Shown: piece by piece, positions 30,413 to 39,866 of the stretch
Layout: the number at the start of each line of letters is the position of its first letter
Position numbering within the stretch: position 1 is the first letter of the stretch
Source: Candidatus Latescibacterota bacterium
GTDB taxonomy: Bacteria; Latescibacterota; UBA2968; UBA8231
Reading direction: 5' to 3'
DNA length: 64,000 nt
Assembly: GCA_965206595.1 (NCBI GenBank)
Contig: OZ242214.1
Span: 2,560,001-2,624,000 of the forward strand
Position numbers and translations under genes: made by a program
The notes under the pieces: model-generated
Databases searched by the model: none
Seen by the model: the letters and a program-made list of their open reading frames with translations, nothing else
What the model was told of the DNA's origin: nothing

Positions 30413-31816
30413 CTATATATTGAGCGCCTCTCCGAAGGCTTCCGCGGCCGCTTCCATCACAGCCTCGGAAAGGGTCGGGTGGGCGTGAACCGCGGTGGCG
30501 AACTCCTCCCAGGTCGCTTCGATCTTCTTCCCGAGGGTCACCTCGGCGATCAGCTCGGTCGCCTCGGCGCCGATGATGGAGGCCCCTGCGAGGTCACCGT
30601 ACTGTTCGTCGAACACCAGCTTCACCAGGCCCACGGTCTCTCCGGCGGCGCGGGCTTTGCCGCTGGCGGCGAAGGGAAAGCGGCCGACCTTGACCTCGAG
30701 CCCCCGGACCCTGGCCTCCGCCTCGGTCAGCCCGACGCTGGCGACCTGGGGCTGGCAGTAGGTGCAGCTCGGTACGCTCTCCGGGTCGATCTCCGGGCGC
30801 TGCCTGCCGGCGATGAACTCGACCGCGGCGACCGCTTCTGCCGAGGCGGCGTGGGCGAGCTGCGGCGCGCCGACGACGTCGCCGATGGCGTAGATCCCCT
30901 TGACGCTGGTCTCCATGCGGCCGTTGACGGCGATCTGGCCGCGACTGGTCCTGACGCCGTTCGCCTGAAGTCCCAGGCCCTCGACGTTGCCCGTCACCCC
31001 GACCGCCATCAGCACCAGGTCGGCGTCGACTTCCCCCTCCTCGCCCCCGTCCCGGAAGGAGACGCGCATCCCCTTCCCGCTCTCGGCCACCCCGGTCACC
31101 GACACCCCGGTGCGCAGGTCGATCCCCTCCGCGGACAGGCTTTTCGCCAGGATTCCGGCGACCTCCTCGTCCTCGCGCGGCAGCACCTGGCCCTCCGCCT
31201 CCAGCAGGTGGACCTGGGAGCCGAAGGCGTTGAAGAACCAGGCGAACTCCGTGCCGATCGCCCCGGCCCCGATGATGGCGATACGGTCCGGACGCTTCTC
31301 GAGCACCATGGCCTCGCGGCTGGAGATCACCCTCTTCCCGTCGATCTCCACCCCGGGAATCGAGCGTGGACTGCCGCCGGTCGCCAGGATGACGCTGGCC
31401 GCCTCCAGGGTTTCGGTCCCGTCCGCGGATTCGACGGCCACCTTTTTTCCGGGGGTCAGCTTGCCGCGGCCGCGGAAAACGGCGACGCGGTTCTTCTTCA
31501 TCAGGAATCTCACGCCCCTCGCCAGGCCCCCGGAGATCTCCCGGCTTCTCGCGATCAGCCGGTCCCAGTCGTAGCCGACCTCCCCTACCGTCAACCCGAA
31601 CTCATCGGCGCGCTGGATCAGCCGGTAGAGCTCGGCCTGCTTCAGCAGCGCCTTGGTCGGAATGCAGCCCCAGTTGAGGCACACCCCCCCGAGTTCAGGC
31701 TCGGCCTCCACGAGGGCGGCCTTCAGCCCGAGCTGCGAGGCCCGTATCGCCGCGGTGTACCCGCCCGGTCCGCCGCCGATGACGGCGACGTCGAATCCCT
31801 TGTCCTTTTCAGCCAT
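30413..31816 (-). CDS. lpdA: dihydrolipoamide dehydrogenase
   Basis: GGGPGGY, GGVCLNWGCIPTK, GAGAIG, AIGD, HPTLSE. Confidence 0.96.
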   Translation of the reverse strand: MAEKDKGFDVAVIGGGPGGYTAAIRASQLGLKAALVEAEPELGGVCLNWGCIPTKALLKQAELYRLIQRADEFGLTVGEVGYDWDRLIARSREISGGLARGVRFLMKKNRVAVFRGRGKLTPGKKVAVESADGTETLEAASVILATGGSPRSIPGVEIDGKRVISSREAMVLEKRPDRIAIIGAGAIGTEFAWFFNAFGSQVHLLEAEGQVLPREDEEVAGILAKSLSAEGIDLRTGVSVTGVAESGKGMRVSFRDGGEEGEVDADLVLMAVGVTGNVEGLGLQANGVRTSRGQIAVNGRMETSVKGIYAIGDVVGAPQLAHAASAEAVAAVEFIAGRQRPEIDPESVPSCTYCQPQVASVGLTEAEARVRGLEVKVGRFPFAASGKARAAGETVGLVKLVFDEQYGDLAGASIIGAEATELIAEVTLGKKIEATWEEFATAVHAHPTLSEAVMEAAAEAFGEALNI

Positions 31817-32120
31817 TATCGCCCGCTTCCAACGCTGTTTTTCTGTGTAAACGAGTCGGACAATCTAAGGGCTGGGCAGTCTGCGTGCATTGCGATCTCC
31901 CGTGAGTGTCTTCCTGGAATAGCACCCCATGCGTCCCCGGCATCCCCTGCTGACGGCTGGCCGAATGGGTTTAAAAAAACCGTCCAACCGCAGGGTTGTC
32001 CGGGATCGTCCTAGAGCCCGGTCCGTTTCAGCCGGTGCTGTTTGGTTGGACATAGATTGCCCTGGGGTTGGACCGGACAGACAGAACCAGCCCCATACAG
32101 CAAGGGATGCGCCGGACATT

Positions 32121-33317
32121 TCAGCTGCTCTCCCCCACTGCGCGGCGCAGTGGCCCCGCCAGGCTGCCGCGCTCCTCGACGATCACCCCTGTGAGCCCCA
32201 ACCAGGCGGCCATCGACTCCAGTTGCACCGCAAGCTCGGAAACGACCCCGCCGGCTTCGTACCCCGCTTCCAGGTACGCACCCCGCGCGATGAGGGCGCC
32301 GTGCGCACGGTCGGCCTTGAGGTCGACGCGACCCGCCAGCACATCCCCGATCAGGAACGCATAAACGTAGTAGCCGTACCGCCTCCTTGGCGCCGGAACG
32401 TAGATCTCGATACGGTAGCGGAAGTCGAACAGGCGCTCGGTCCGGTCCCGGAACCAGATCAGCGAATCGAACGGGCTGAGCAGCGCACTGGCACGTACCT
32501 GCCGTGGAGCCCGCGCATCGCGGTGCAGGTAGGCGGGCCGGCTCCAGCCTTCCACCCCCACCTCCACCAGTTCGCCTTCCTCCACCAGTTCCCGTACCCG
32601 GGGCTGCGCCTGTGACGCGGGGATGCGGTAGTAGTCGGCAAGGTCGGCCAGGGTACCGACGCCGAGGGCGCGGCCGGCAAGACGCAGGAGCTCGCGCTGG
32701 GCGTCGTCCCGCCCTGGAGCGGGCGCGGCCAGCAGATGCTGCGGAATCACCCGCTCGATCAGGTCGTAGACCCGCACGAAATTCCCCCGCCTTGCGGCCG
32801 CCAGCCTGCCGGTCGCGAACAGCCACTCCAGGGCGAGCTTGCCGTCGCTGCGCCCCCACCAGGGCCGGTTGCGATTGCGGCCAGGATCTTCGAGGTCCGA
32901 TACCGCCAGGGCCCCCCGCCCGGCGACCTCCCGGTAGATCGCCTCCACGTAGTCGCCGCGCTCCTGCGCGAAGGCATGCATCGCCCGGGACCGGACCTCC
33001 TCCATGCGGTGCCGGAGAAGCGGGAAATGCTCGACCGGAAGCAGCGACGCCTCATGGCCCCAACCCTCGAACAGCCTCCCCTTGCCGTACGCGTACCCGT
33101 CGAAGCGGTCCCGCGGGTACGGACCGAGCCGGGAGAACGCCGGCATGTAGTGGGTGCGCACCGCGACGTTGACGGAGTCGAGCTGCACGATATTGACACG
33201 GTCGAACAGCCGGTCGAAGGGGCGGCTGTCGACGCGTCCTGCCGGGGGCCGGTCGGCGTACCCCTGCGCCGCCAGCGCCATACCTCGAGCCTCCCTGTTG
33301 GACAGCTCAGTCTTCAT
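32121..33317 (-). CDS. YcaQ/AlkZ-like winged-helix DNA glycosylase family protein
   Basis: VQLDSVNV, FSRLG, WGHEAS, LLSPFD, YRIEIYVP..RRYGYY, GRVDLK. Confidence 0.88.
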   Translation of the reverse strand: MKTELSNREARGMALAAQGYADRPPAGRVDSRPFDRLFDRVNIVQLDSVNVAVRTHYMPAFSRLGPYPRDRFDGYAYGKGRLFEGWGHEASLLPVEHFPLLRHRMEEVRSRAMHAFAQERGDYVEAIYREVAGRGALAVSDLEDPGRNRNRPWWGRSDGKLALEWLFATGRLAAARRGNFVRVYDLIERVIPQHLLAAPAPGRDDAQRELLRLAGRALGVGTLADLADYYRIPASQAQPRVRELVEEGELVEVGVEGWSRPAYLHRDARAPRQVRASALLSPFDSLIWFRDRTERLFDFRYRIEIYVPAPRRRYGYYVYAFLIGDVLAGRVDLKADRAHGALIARGAYLEAGYEAGGVVSELAVQLESMAAWLGLTGVIVEERGSLAGPLRRAVGESS

Positions 33318-33601
33318 CGCGATGTCCCCCCACGGAAGCCCTACGAATTCCCGCCAACTGGAATTGCTGTTTTAATTGCATTTGAATCTGGATTCATTGC
33401 CGTCTTGACCGGGCCTTTGAAGCGGTGCGCGAGATCGTCGACCTGCCTGACCGCCGGGCTTCCCTGTTCGTGCGCCTCTGCATGCAGAACGGAGGGCGGC
33501 TTTCCGCCGCGAAACGGCAGCGTTCCCGAGCTGGACGACGCGGAAGTGGCGGCGATAACCCCATTCCGGCGCCCGAAAGGTGCCGTCGATGAAAGCAATC
33601 C

Positions 33602-34051
33602 ATGTCGATAACGATCTACAGTGACGGCGCCTGCTCGGGAAACCCGGGTCCGGGCGGCTGGGCGGCGCGCCTGAAGTACGCCGACGGCCGCGTCCGCGAG
33701 CTCGCCGGAGCCGAGCCGGACACCACCAACAACCGCATGGAGCTGCAGGCCGCCATCGAGGGGCTGAGGTTCGTCGGCCGCGGCGAACCGGTCACCATGG
33801 TGACCGACAGCGAGTACCTGCTGAAGGGGATCACCCGGTGGATTCACGGCTGGAAGAAGAAGCAGTGGAAGACCGCGGCCCGGAAGCCGGTGCTGAACCA
33901 GGACCTGTGGAGGGCCCTCGACGAGCTCAACAGCAATAGCGTGAAGTGGGAGTACACCCGCGGCCACGCCGGCGACCCGGACAACGAGCGCTGCGACGAC
34001 CTCGCCCAGGCCTTTTCCCGCGGCGGTCAGCCGCCGCTTGAGGGCGGCTGA
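33602..34051 (+). CDS. rnhA: ribonuclease HI
   Basis: YSDGACSGNPGPGG, TTNNRMEL, TDSEY, NQDLW, GHAGDPDNERCD. Confidence 0.96.
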   Translation: MSITIYSDGACSGNPGPGGWAARLKYADGRVRELAGAEPDTTNNRMELQAAIEGLRFVGRGEPVTMVTDSEYLLKGITRWIHGWKKKQWKTAARKPVLNQDLWRALDELNSNSVKWEYTRGHAGDPDNERCDDLAQAFSRGGQPPLEGG

Positions 34052-34061
34052 CCGCCGCGGG

Positions 34062-34829
34062 TCAGACCCACCGCCACAGCCAGTACGCGGCGTAGCCGAC
34101 GTACTCCTTGACCGCCCGCGTCGAGTAGCGCAGCCAGCGCGCATCCGGAACCAGGCGCAGCAGCGACCACTTCTTCGGCACCACCGCGATATCGGTCGGG
34201 GCCGCAACCACGGACAACCCCTGGCGGGTGAAGGCCGCGGCCGCCCGGCGCATGTGCGACGCCGAGGTGACCAGGAGGATGCGGCCGGCCTCGATGCCGC
34301 GCAGCAGCTCGGCGCAGGCGATGGCGTTCTCCCGCGTCGTTCGCGAAGAGGTGTCGAGCAGCACCGTCTCCTCGGGCACGCCGTACTCCAGCGCCAGCCG
34401 CTTCATCTGCTCCGCTTCGCTCATGGCGCTGCCGCCGATGCGGCCCCCGCTGAGCAGGATCACCGGGGCCTTGCCGGCCCGCAGCAGGCGCATGCCGTGC
34501 AGCAGGCGGTCGAATCCCTCCTCGACGTGGACGGAGACCCGCGGTGCCGCCGGAGAAGACGTGACTCCACCCAGCACCACGATGGCGTCGGCCTCGGGGT
34601 GCGCCTCCGGCTCCAGGGGCGGGAAGTCATCCTCCAGGGATCCGAGGAGCCTGCCTGCGACAATCGGAGTGCCGAAAAGAAGCAGCAGCAGGATCCCCGC
34701 CGCGGCGCAGGACCCGGCCAGCTTCGTGCGCCGGCGCACCAGGAACCAGAGCGCGGCGAGCCAGAGGGCCGTGGAGATGCCGAGAGGGCTGAGAAGGGGG
34801 GTGAACAGCTGCGACAGGAAGATGTACAT
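34062..34829 (-). CDS. YdcF/DUF218 family membrane protein
   Basis: AIVVLGG, LSGG, SEAE, SRTTRENA, LVTSASHMRRA, KEYVG. Confidence 0.9.
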   Translation of the reverse strand: MYIFLSQLFTPLLSPLGISTALWLAALWFLVRRRTKLAGSCAAAGILLLLLFGTPIVAGRLLGSLEDDFPPLEPEAHPEADAIVVLGGVTSSPAAPRVSVHVEEGFDRLLHGMRLLRAGKAPVILLSGGRIGGSAMSEAEQMKRLALEYGVPEETVLLDTSSRTTRENAIACAELLRGIEAGRILLVTSASHMRRAAAAFTRQGLSVVAAPTDIAVVPKKWSLLRLVPDARWLRYSTRAVKEYVGYAAYWLWRWV

Positions 34830-35111
34830 CGGCCCCAATATAACCCGGTGAAAACCGCGTCGCGCAGGGGCCGCGGGCGGCGTGAAGGCCGGGCTCCCCA
34901 GTCCCGGGGACCACCCGCGCCGTCAGGTGTGCCGGGACAGCATCACCCTGCTGCGCACATAAGTCCGAGTTAGAAACGAGGCCGAGGGAACCAGGTCCTT
35001 TTTCGATGCGGCCGGCTCGCCGGGCGCCTGAACGAGCCGTGCGGAGTGAATACGGCAGCGGTTTTTCAGGCCGGATAGTCCGGACCTTCGAATCCGGGGT
35101 CGCCGCCGGAC

Positions 35112-35840
35112 CTACTCCCAGGTCTTTCCCCCGTCCGTCGATATCTTGCTGCGCGCCTTCCATTTGTCGACATCGTCCTCCGCGTCGATATCCGCCCGTT
35201 TCATCACCGCGACCTCGACGCCGACCTCGCCGCTGCCGTCGGGCCGGTTGGTTTCGATGCGCACGCTCTTGAACTCGAGGTCCGCATCCCCGAGCCCGCG
35301 GACGACCTTGCGCTGAACGCGCATCTGCCGGACTTCGAGCGCTTCCCGGCTGATGCCGGTCACCTTGAAACGGACAACGAGCTGCCCGAGGTCGTGGTCG
35401 AGGCTGATGCCGTAGAAGTCTCCGAACTCCGGATCGATGATCCTGGAGGCCTCGGCCGTATGGCGATGCAGTGTCGCCCGCGCCGGCCGCCGGACCGCGG
35501 GCTCGCGAGGCCCCTTCTCTTCCTTGCCGCCGGTTTCCCGAGGCCGCTCGAACGCCTCCTCACCCGGCTCGAACCCCCGCAGCGACGGCCCCCATATCCA
35601 CCCTTCGACGTTGATCCGCACCCATTTCCCCTCCTGCTCGAGCTCCTCGACCTCGACCCCCTTGACGAGCGTCCCGATCTGCTCCCCGTTGGGGCTCGAG
35701 CGGATGTTCTCCACCGGTTTTTCGACCTCGAGCCGGCGCGACCCTAGCAGGTCCTCCACCCCGATCGCGAGGGTCGCCCCGGCAACCGGGACGACGAGGA
35801 GAGCGCGGTAGAGGTTGGCCGTCAGTCTTCTGCGTTTCAT
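35112..35840 (-). CDS. SH3-like domain-containing exported protein
   Basis: N-terminal hydrophobic anchor; ENIRSSPNG..IGTL...WVRI.VEGWIW. Confidence 0.65.
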   Translation of the reverse strand: MKRRRLTANLYRALLVVPVAGATLAIGVEDLLGSRRLEVEKPVENIRSSPNGEQIGTLVKGVEVEELEQEGKWVRINVEGWIWGPSLRGFEPGEEAFERPRETGGKEEKGPREPAVRRPARATLHRHTAEASRIIDPEFGDFYGISLDHDLGQLVVRFKVTGISREALEVRQMRVQRKVVRGLGDADLEFKSVRIETNRPDGSGEVGVEVAVMKRADIDAEDDVDKWKARSKISTDGGKTWE

Positions 35841-36030
35841 TTCGTGAACCCCCTGTGCTGCCCTGAGTTGTCTGGCTTTGCGTTGCGGCACGGCCCCCAC
35901 AAGAGACCGTTCCGGTAGGTATCGGGGTGATGCCGCCCTGTCAAGCTGTGCGGATTCTGCGGGCTTTCCCGAATTATGAGGTGCGGCTCCGATGCCGCCC
36001 GTGCCTTCCTTCGCGGAACCCTCGGAACCC

Positions 36031-36180
36031 TCACTGGCCCTGGGTGACCCGTTCGGCGAAATCAGTGGCGTAGTAGAAGAGGAAGGTCACCACCGCGGCG
36101 ATGGCGACGGCAAGGCCGACCACCAGCCAGGCTTCGTTCCTGGGGGGTCGCGGAGGCGGCCGGTTTTCAAGACCGAACAT
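36031..36180 (-). CDS. small single-pass membrane protein (49 aa)
   Basis: Manual translation MFGLENRPPPRPPRNEAWLVVGLAVAIAAVVTFLFYYATDFAERVTQGQ*; purine-rich GAAGAGAG upstream; host-like codon usage. Confidence 0.6.
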   Translation of the reverse strand: MFGLENRPPPRPPRNEAWLVVGLAVAIAAVVTFLFYYATDFAERVTQGQ

Positions 36181-36362
36181 GGGTGCGGCTCTCTTCGACG
36201 GTTGTCACCGCGCAAGTGAACGGTTGGCGGAAGTGCCATTCGAAAGGTCGCTTTCGGCAAGAGGCCGGGCAATGGACCGCCGCCCCCGAGGTCGATTGAC
36301 ACTGCCGGAACCCGCCGTTACCGTCACGCCGACCGGCCCCCTGAACGGCGTCGAGCCGACCA

Positions 36363-37106
36363 TTGCCCCCCATGCTCTCCTTCAACCGCCTTGCCGCTAT
36401 CCTCCCCGTAGCGGTTGCCGCCTCCGTCCTCATCCCCTGGACCGCCGACGACTTCGACAGAAACGCCGCTCTCGACATCGAGCTGGTGCGCTCCGGGAAG
36501 GTCGAGTACCGGGGAATCGAGGCCAGCTTCGAGGAGCTGTCGCGGGCTTACGCGCTTACGGTCTTTTCCGCAGCGGAGTTCCTCGGCTGGGCGGCGGTCC
36601 CCAACCCGACCCATCCCGAGGCGGAGGCCCTGGTCACCTGCCGCTTCCGCGTCGCCGCAGTGGCCCCCCGTCCTGCCGCTGCCGGCGCGCTCGCCGAGGA
36701 GGCGCGGCAGCGCTCGGTCCCCTCCCTCGAGGTCACCTGGTGTCTCAACACCCTCGCCGGCATCGGGATCACAGCGCACGACGCTGTTTCGCGCGACGCC
36801 GTCGCCACCTTCCGCGGCACTGTCGACGACTTCCTCGACCGCCTCGTTCTCGTCGCGGAAGGGAGCGCCTGCCGGCGCCGGGGCCCGGGGGCCGGCCACG
36901 CCGTCGTCGACACCCTGGAGGCCGGAACCGCGCTCGTGCGCGAGGAGGAAGCGGGGGAATGGACGCGGGTGCGGCCGGCCGGCTCCAGCGTGCACGGAGC
37001 CGCAGCGGAGGGAAGCGGCTGGCTGCGCAGCGACCGGCTGGTGCGGGTGTCGGAGATCGATCGAGAGGTCCCCCGGAACCAGGGGAATCCACCCCGGAAG
37101 GAGTAG
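36363..37106 (+). CDS. hypothetical exported protein with C-terminal SH3-like domain
   Basis: CRRRGPG.GH.VV.TL..G...GEWTRV...GW. Confidence 0.55.
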   Translation: MPPMLSFNRLAAILPVAVAASVLIPWTADDFDRNAALDIELVRSGKVEYRGIEASFEELSRAYALTVFSAAEFLGWAAVPNPTHPEAEALVTCRFRVAAVAPRPAAAGALAEEARQRSVPSLEVTWCLNTLAGIGITAHDAVSRDAVATFRGTVDDFLDRLVLVAEGSACRRRGPGAGHAVVDTLEAGTALVREEEAGEWTRVRPAGSSVHGAAAEGSGWLRSDRLVRVSEIDREVPRNQGNPPRKE

Positions 37107-37202
37107 TGGCGGGCAAGAACGGCTTGACGAACTGGTTTCTGGGCCTTTACTCTGTCGAGTGGCCTGTTGCGGCAGGCCGTGCTTTGTAAAACAACCATAT
37201 CG

Positions 37203-37392
37203 GCGCAGGTGTCCGCTGCCGACGGCAGCGGAAGAATAGGGAAGGCAGTGCAAATCTGCCGCGGTCCCGCCACTGTGACCGGTAGAACGGCCCTCGGGCC
37301 GAAGCGTCCCGGCGACAGCCACTGATCCCACCTGCGGATTGGGAAGGAGCCGGACGGCGTCCTACCGGAAGTCAGGAGACCTGCCTGCGACC
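37203..37392 (+). ncRNA. cobalamin (AdoCbl) riboswitch
   Basis: AGGTG...AATAGGGAA.GCAGTGCAAATCTGC.GCGG.CCCGCCACTGT...AGCCACTG...GGGAAGG...AAGTCAGGAGACCTGCCT (B12 box), upstream of a TonB receptor. Confidence 0.95.
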
Positions 37393-37430
37393 GAGGTGAA
37401 CGGAACCCTTCGGCAGAAAGGTGGTTACCG

Positions 37431-39716
37431 GTGCGCGGCACCCGCCTCCAGACCCGCTCTCGAACGAGGGCGGGTTTTTTCATCTCCCCCTCCCTCCTCC
37501 TGTTGGGCCTCCTGCCCGCCCTGCATCCCGGGGTTGCATCGGCCGAGGTCCTGCAGGGAAGACTGATCGACCAGGCCACCGAAGCCCCCATCACCGGGGC
37601 CGTGCTGACCCTGAGCGCCCCGTCCTCCGGGAAGGTCCATTCCGCCCGCAGCGACACCTCCGGCTCCTTCCGCCTCGAGAACCTCTCTCCGGGAACCTGG
37701 GATCTGCGCCTGGAGCGGCTGGGGTACCGGCCTCTGCGGCTCCCCCTCCGGATCGGCGCCGGCCCCACCTCGGTCGAGTGGCGCCTGGAGCCCCTCCCCC
37801 TGCTCGTGGACGAACTGATCGTCCGCGCCCGCCGCCATCCCGGGGAAGAGCATGTCGCCGCCTTTGTCGAGACCATCCCCCTCGACGGCCCCCGGCCCCC
37901 GGGAGCGGACCTGGCACGTACCCTCGACCGCGCCGCCGGCGTCAACGTGCGCCGCTACGGCGGGCTCGGAAGCTTCAGCACCCTTTCCATCCGCGGCTCC
38001 ACCGCCGAGCAGGTTCAGGTCTTCCTCGACGGGATTCCCCTGAACCACGCCGTGGGCGGGGGGGTCGATCTGGGGGGACTGCCCGTTGGCGGCCTCGCCA
38101 GCGTCGAGATCTACCGCGGGGCGGTGCCGCAGCGCTTCGGCGGCAACAGCCTCGGCGGGGTGGTCCACCTGCGCACGCTCCCGCTCGGGAGCAGCCACCG
38201 CACCCTCCTGCATACCGCCAGCGGCTCCTACGGCACCCGCAAGCTGGGAGCCTCCATCGGCGGGCCCTGGAAAGATTGGGAGTACCTGGGGCTCGTCGAT
38301 TTCCGTGCCAGCCGCAACGATTTCCGCTTCCGGGACGACAACGGCACCGAGTACAACGACGGCGACGACGGCTGGGCGCGGCGGCTCAACAGCGATTTCC
38401 GCGGCCTGCGCGGACTCGCCAAGATCGGGCGCCCCCTCGGCGCCGGCCGCCTGCAGGTCCACAACACCTTCGACCTGAGCCGCAAAGGCATCCCCGGGAT
38501 CGGGAACAACCAGTCCCTGCACACCCGCTTCGGCACCTGGCGCCATATCGTCGAAGCCGCGCTCTTCGGCCCGCTGTCACGCGGACGCGCCGGGTACCGG
38601 CTGAAGGCCCACCACTTCTGGTCCCAGGAGGAGTACAGGGACCTGCGCGGCGAAGTCGGCCTCGGCCGCCAGAACGACCGCAACACGACCGGGAGCCTGG
38701 GCATTCGCGGCGAAGTCAACGCCCTGATTCCCCACCGGTCCCTGGTCACCGCATTCGTCGCCGCCCGGCGCGAGACCTTTGTCCCCGACGACCTGCTGCG
38801 GCCGCACAGCCGGCTCCTGCGCAGCCGCCGCCGGGCCCTGGTTGCCGGCACCGAGGTGGAGATGCCGTTGGGGCAGCGCCTCACCCTCAATGCGGGCACC
38901 CAGGCCGAAGGGCTCGACGACCGCTTTTTCGACCGCAAGAACTTCGCTCCCAGCGCCGTGTTGCCGAGCCGGAACAACCGCGAAATCCTCTGGGGCTACC
39001 GCATGGGGGCGACCCTGGACCTGGGAGCCGGCCTCGCCCTCAAGGCCCACGAGGGCCGCTATCGGCGCGCCCCCAACTTCTTCGAGCTCTTCGGCGACCG
39101 TGGCGGGGTGATCGGCAATACCGACCTCGTCAGCGAACAGGGGCACAACCGCGATCTGGGCCTGGTTTTCCGCAAGCCCGCCGAAGGGCGCGGGCTGGTC
39201 CTGGCCGAGGCCGTGTACTACCGCAACCGCGTCGAAGACCTCATTCGCTTCATGCAGAACTCGCAGAGGGTGTCGCGGCCCCACAACCTGGGAGGCGCCT
39301 TGTTGCAGGGAGTGGAAACCCGGGCCGAGGCCCGCTTGTTGCCGGCCTTGGAGATGCGCGGCAGCTACGTGTACCAGCGCGCCGAAAACCGCACCCCGTT
39401 CTCTTTCGAAGAGGGCAACGATCTGCCCAACGCCCCCCGCCATCGGTTCGATACGCGCATCTCCCTCGACCTGTATGACACGGAGATATACGGCGAATTC
39501 AGCCGCGAAAGCCGGCACTTCCTCGACCGCGCCAACCTGCGCGCCGTGCCGGTTCGCGCCCTGTTCAGCCTCGGCGGCACGGTGCCGCTGGGCGGGGGCC
39601 TCGTCCTTTCCTGGGAGCTGCGCAACCTGACCGGCAACCGGGTTGCGGACCTGTGGGGATACCCGCTTCCCGGGCGCTCCTACGGGTTTTCGGTGCAGTA
39701 CGCCGGCCATCCGTAA
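37431..39716 (+). CDS. TonB-dependent cobalamin receptor (BtuB-like) with N-terminal carboxypeptidase-regulatory-like domain
   Basis: Plug SIRGS...VFLDGIPLN...VEIYRG, GGVV; C-terminal NLT...YPLPGRSY; under a B12 riboswitch. Confidence 0.88.
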   Translation: MRGTRLQTRSRTRAGFFISPSLLLLGLLPALHPGVASAEVLQGRLIDQATEAPITGAVLTLSAPSSGKVHSARSDTSGSFRLENLSPGTWDLRLERLGYRPLRLPLRIGAGPTSVEWRLEPLPLLVDELIVRARRHPGEEHVAAFVETIPLDGPRPPGADLARTLDRAAGVNVRRYGGLGSFSTLSIRGSTAEQVQVFLDGIPLNHAVGGGVDLGGLPVGGLASVEIYRGAVPQRFGGNSLGGVVHLRTLPLGSSHRTLLHTASGSYGTRKLGASIGGPWKDWEYLGLVDFRASRNDFRFRDDNGTEYNDGDDGWARRLNSDFRGLRGLAKIGRPLGAGRLQVHNTFDLSRKGIPGIGNNQSLHTRFGTWRHIVEAALFGPLSRGRAGYRLKAHHFWSQEEYRDLRGEVGLGRQNDRNTTGSLGIRGEVNALIPHRSLVTAFVAARRETFVPDDLLRPHSRLLRSRRRALVAGTEVEMPLGQRLTLNAGTQAEGLDDRFFDRKNFAPSAVLPSRNNREILWGYRMGATLDLGAGLALKAHEGRYRRAPNFFELFGDRGGVIGNTDLVSEQGHNRDLGLVFRKPAEGRGLVLAEAVYYRNRVEDLIRFMQNSQRVSRPHNLGGALLQGVETRAEARLLPALEMRGSYVYQRAENRTPFSFEEGNDLPNAPRHRFDTRISLDLYDTEIYGEFSRESRHFLDRANLRAVPVRALFSLGGTVPLGGGLVLSWELRNLTGNRVADLWGYPLPGRSYGFSVQYAGHP
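37452..37480 (+). terminator. intrinsic terminator-like hairpin just downstream of the riboswitch
   Basis: ACCCGCTCTCG-AA-CGAGGGCGGGT followed by a T run. Confidence 0.65.
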
Positions 39717-39866
39717 ACCAGGGATGGGCGCCATGGTGCCTGCCTACGCCCTTCTGCGGGAATCCGGGCATCCGCGTCCTCGTTTTCATACCTGGGCTTT
39801 CCCGTGAAAGACCACGCTCCCTCACGCCAACCAGCCACACGACCTTTTCCAAGAGGAGGATTTTTC

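Noticed and set aside
36155-36178. GGTCTTGAAAACCGG on the minus strand, like a tRNA-Ser anticodon arm
   Set aside because: No D-arm, T-arm or acceptor stem; better explained as codons of the 49-aa ORF
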